Assembly (NCBI RefSeq): GCF_001194135.2
Contig: NC_068985.1
Coordinates: forward strand, 64,008,147-64,072,146
Origin: Octopus bimaculoides
Lineage: Eukaryota
Reading direction: 5' to 3'
Length of the DNA stretch: 64,000 nt
This document shows positions 61,650-64,000 of this stretch, piece by piece (position 1 is the first letter of the stretch; each line of letters opens with the position of its first letter). A model generated the notes under the pieces. It was not told the DNA's origin, searched no databases, and worked only from the letters and a program-made list of their open reading frames with translations. A program made the translations under genes and the position numbers.

Positions 61650-64000
61650 ACAAGATTTTCTGGGAAGGGAACACAGACGGGGTTGGGGGCATGGGTATAC
61701 TTCTTGCAGAGAAATGGGTGGATAAGATAATCGAGGTAGCCAGAGTATGGGATAGAATACTTAAGATTAGATTAGTCCATCACCATGGGTTAGCAACCAT
61801 TATCTCGGTCTATGCCCCTCAGCCCAGGCTACCCGATGGACAGAAAGATCGATTTTATAACGCCCTCTTGCAGACTACCTCATCAACGAATGACAGGGAC
61901 CTTCCCTTTGTGGCTGGTGACTTCAATGGTCATGTTGGACAACATTCAGGGGCTTCCATGGTGTACATGGAGGTTATGGTTTTGGTTCCCGCAATGAGGA
62001 GGGAACCAGGCTGCTGGAGGTCTGTGATGCAAATGACCTTACGGTTTGCAATACTAACTTCAGGAAACCTGCCAGTCACCTAGTCACCTACCGTTCTGGC
62101 AGACACACTAGCCAAAAGGGAAAGATGGCTGCTTATAAATGCCAAAACCTTCCCAGGTGAAGAATGTACCCCACAACATAGACTAGTAGTTAGTGACTTC
62201 AGGATCAGGGCTAGGTGGTTGCCCAGAAGACGACCAGCATGGAGGAGAAGGGTCTGGAAGCTTAAAGATCCTGCAAATGGACAGAGATTTAGAGACATGT
62301 TACTCGAAGCCTTCGATGAAATAGAAGGGGATGTAGCATCATATAATGTGGAAGACAACTGGACGTTTCTACGGGACAACCTGCTGAGGGCCACTGACCA
62401 GATTTGTGGATGGTGCAAAGTCCCCTCTCAACCCAAAATAATGTGGTGGTGGAACAATGTAGCTGACAGGGCTATTAGACTAAAGAAACAAGCTTGGAAG
62501 GACTGAAAGAACGGTGGTAGCAGAGAATTGTATCAGACTGCCAGAAGGGAAGCTAAGCGACAGGTTTACTTAGCCAGAGGGGAAGCAGATAATAAAAAAT
62601 TTGCCAATGTTCTGCACCATGAGGACCAAAGACTCGAAGTATTTCGTGTTGCAAGACAGTGTGTGAGAGAGAATCGTGATGTCATGGGAAAGAAATGTGT
62701 TTGCATGGATGATGGTACATTTGCACTAAATGAGGCTGCAAAGAGAGAGATTTGGAGACACCACTACGAAAGATTGCTCAATAAAGAGAATGAATGGGAG
62801 AAAGGGAGTCTGCCAAATGTCAACCCAACAGAGGGACCAGCTATCCAAGTTGACAGTACCATGGTAGATAACGCAATTAAGAGTATGAAGACAGGGAAAA
62901 ACCCCCGGCCCATCAGGAATCACTGCAGAAATGCTCAAAATATTTGGTAGTATTGGCTACAGCCTAGTCACCCGTATTGTTAACCAGGTGATACATGAAG
63001 GAGTCATACCCAATGACTGGTGGAGCAACACCATAGTTAACTTCTACAAAAGTAAAGATACATATAATTACAGAGGTATCATGTTGTTAGATCAGGTAAT
63101 GAAAGTCACGGAGAGGGTCATAGCCCAACTAATTAGGGAGCAAGTTAGTTTAGATGAGATGCAGTTTGGGTTCATGCCACGGAAATGCACCACTGATGCT
63201 ATATTTCTAGTAACACAGCTGCAGGAGAAATACTTAGTGAAAGATAAACCTCTCTACCTGGCTTTCATTGACATAGAGAAAGCCTTTGACATGGTCCCCC
63301 GATCTCTTATCTGGTGGTCAATGAGGCAACTCGGGATAGAAGAATGGTTAGTGAGAGCTGTGGGAGCCATGTACAGAGACGCTGTCAGTAAGGTAAGGGT
63401 TGGCAATGAGTACAGTGAAGAATTCCAGGTAGAGGTAGGGGTCCACCAAGGTTCTGTCCTCAGCCTCCTCCTATTTATTATAGTCCTCCAGGTGATAACA
63501 GAGGAATTTAAGACAGGATGCCCCTGGGAGCTCCTCTATGCTGATGACCTTGTACTAATTGCTGAGTCACTATCAGAACTAGAGGATAAGTTTCAGATGT
63601 GGAAGCAAGGACTAGAATCGAAGGGTCTTGGAGTCAACCTAACTAAAGCCAAAGTCCTGATAAGTAGGAAGGTAGAAAAGATACAAACACCTTCAGGAAT
63701 ATGGCCCTGCTCGATCTGTAGAAAAGGTGTAGGTAGAAACTCTATAAGATGTACCCAGTGCAAGCTGTGGACACATAAGAGGTGCAGCAATATCAAAGGC
63801 AGGTTAACTAGGAAGTTAGTTTTTGTTTGTGGCAGATGTTCAGGTGCAATAAACACTGTAAATATGCAGAAAACAACTTCTGTCTCATTCCAGGGAGGAA
63901 AACTAGACATAGTTGACAGCTTCCGCTATCTGGATGGCCAAGTTAGTAGTGGGGGAGGGTGCGCTGAAAGTGTAGCTGCTAGAATAAGAATAGCCTGGGC
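61650..64000 (+). mobile_element. RTE LINE (copy 2): APE endonuclease plus RT, frameshifted, runs off the window
   Basis: YKIFWEG...GVG..GILL, IISVYAPQ, VAGDFNGHVG, then RT with GVHQGSVLS, LLYADDL and the PHD-like Cys cluster. Confidence 0.93.

Overview
AT-rich, repeat-dense animal DNA. The SINE/RTE/Penelope repertoire and the short-read-style N gaps best fit an Octopus genome (inference). The only host gene seen is on the minus strand: coding exon 1 (59325-59379, MSRLADYFVVVGYDHEKE, then GTGAGT) of an SBF1/SBF2 (MTMR5/13)-type gene, with its promoter/leader at about 59.4-60 kb. I found no exon 2, so positions 1-59324 appear to be one intron of more than 59 kb. That intron is filled with decayed mobile elements: mariner DD34D, Tc1 DD34E, a DD37E (TRT-like) element, a DD82E (Sailor-like) element, a hAT with an 8-bp TSD, a MULE, three Penelope-like (PLE) families, two RTE families, CR1- and R4-like scraps, tRNA-SINEs and microsatellites. 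Three signals stand out. (1) Two exact TTTCAG|GTAAGT acceptor-donor fusions lie in unique intronic DNA on the gene's sense strand (9396/9397 and 39234/39235), plus one weaker site. This is the signature of recursive ('ratchet') splicing, which I do not know to be described in cephalopods. (2) Five PLE-type hammerhead ribozyme folds are all antisense to the host gene. (3) There is a perfect 177-bp-arm GC-rich foldback made of nested palindromes. All calls are by eye; no searches or folding programs were run.
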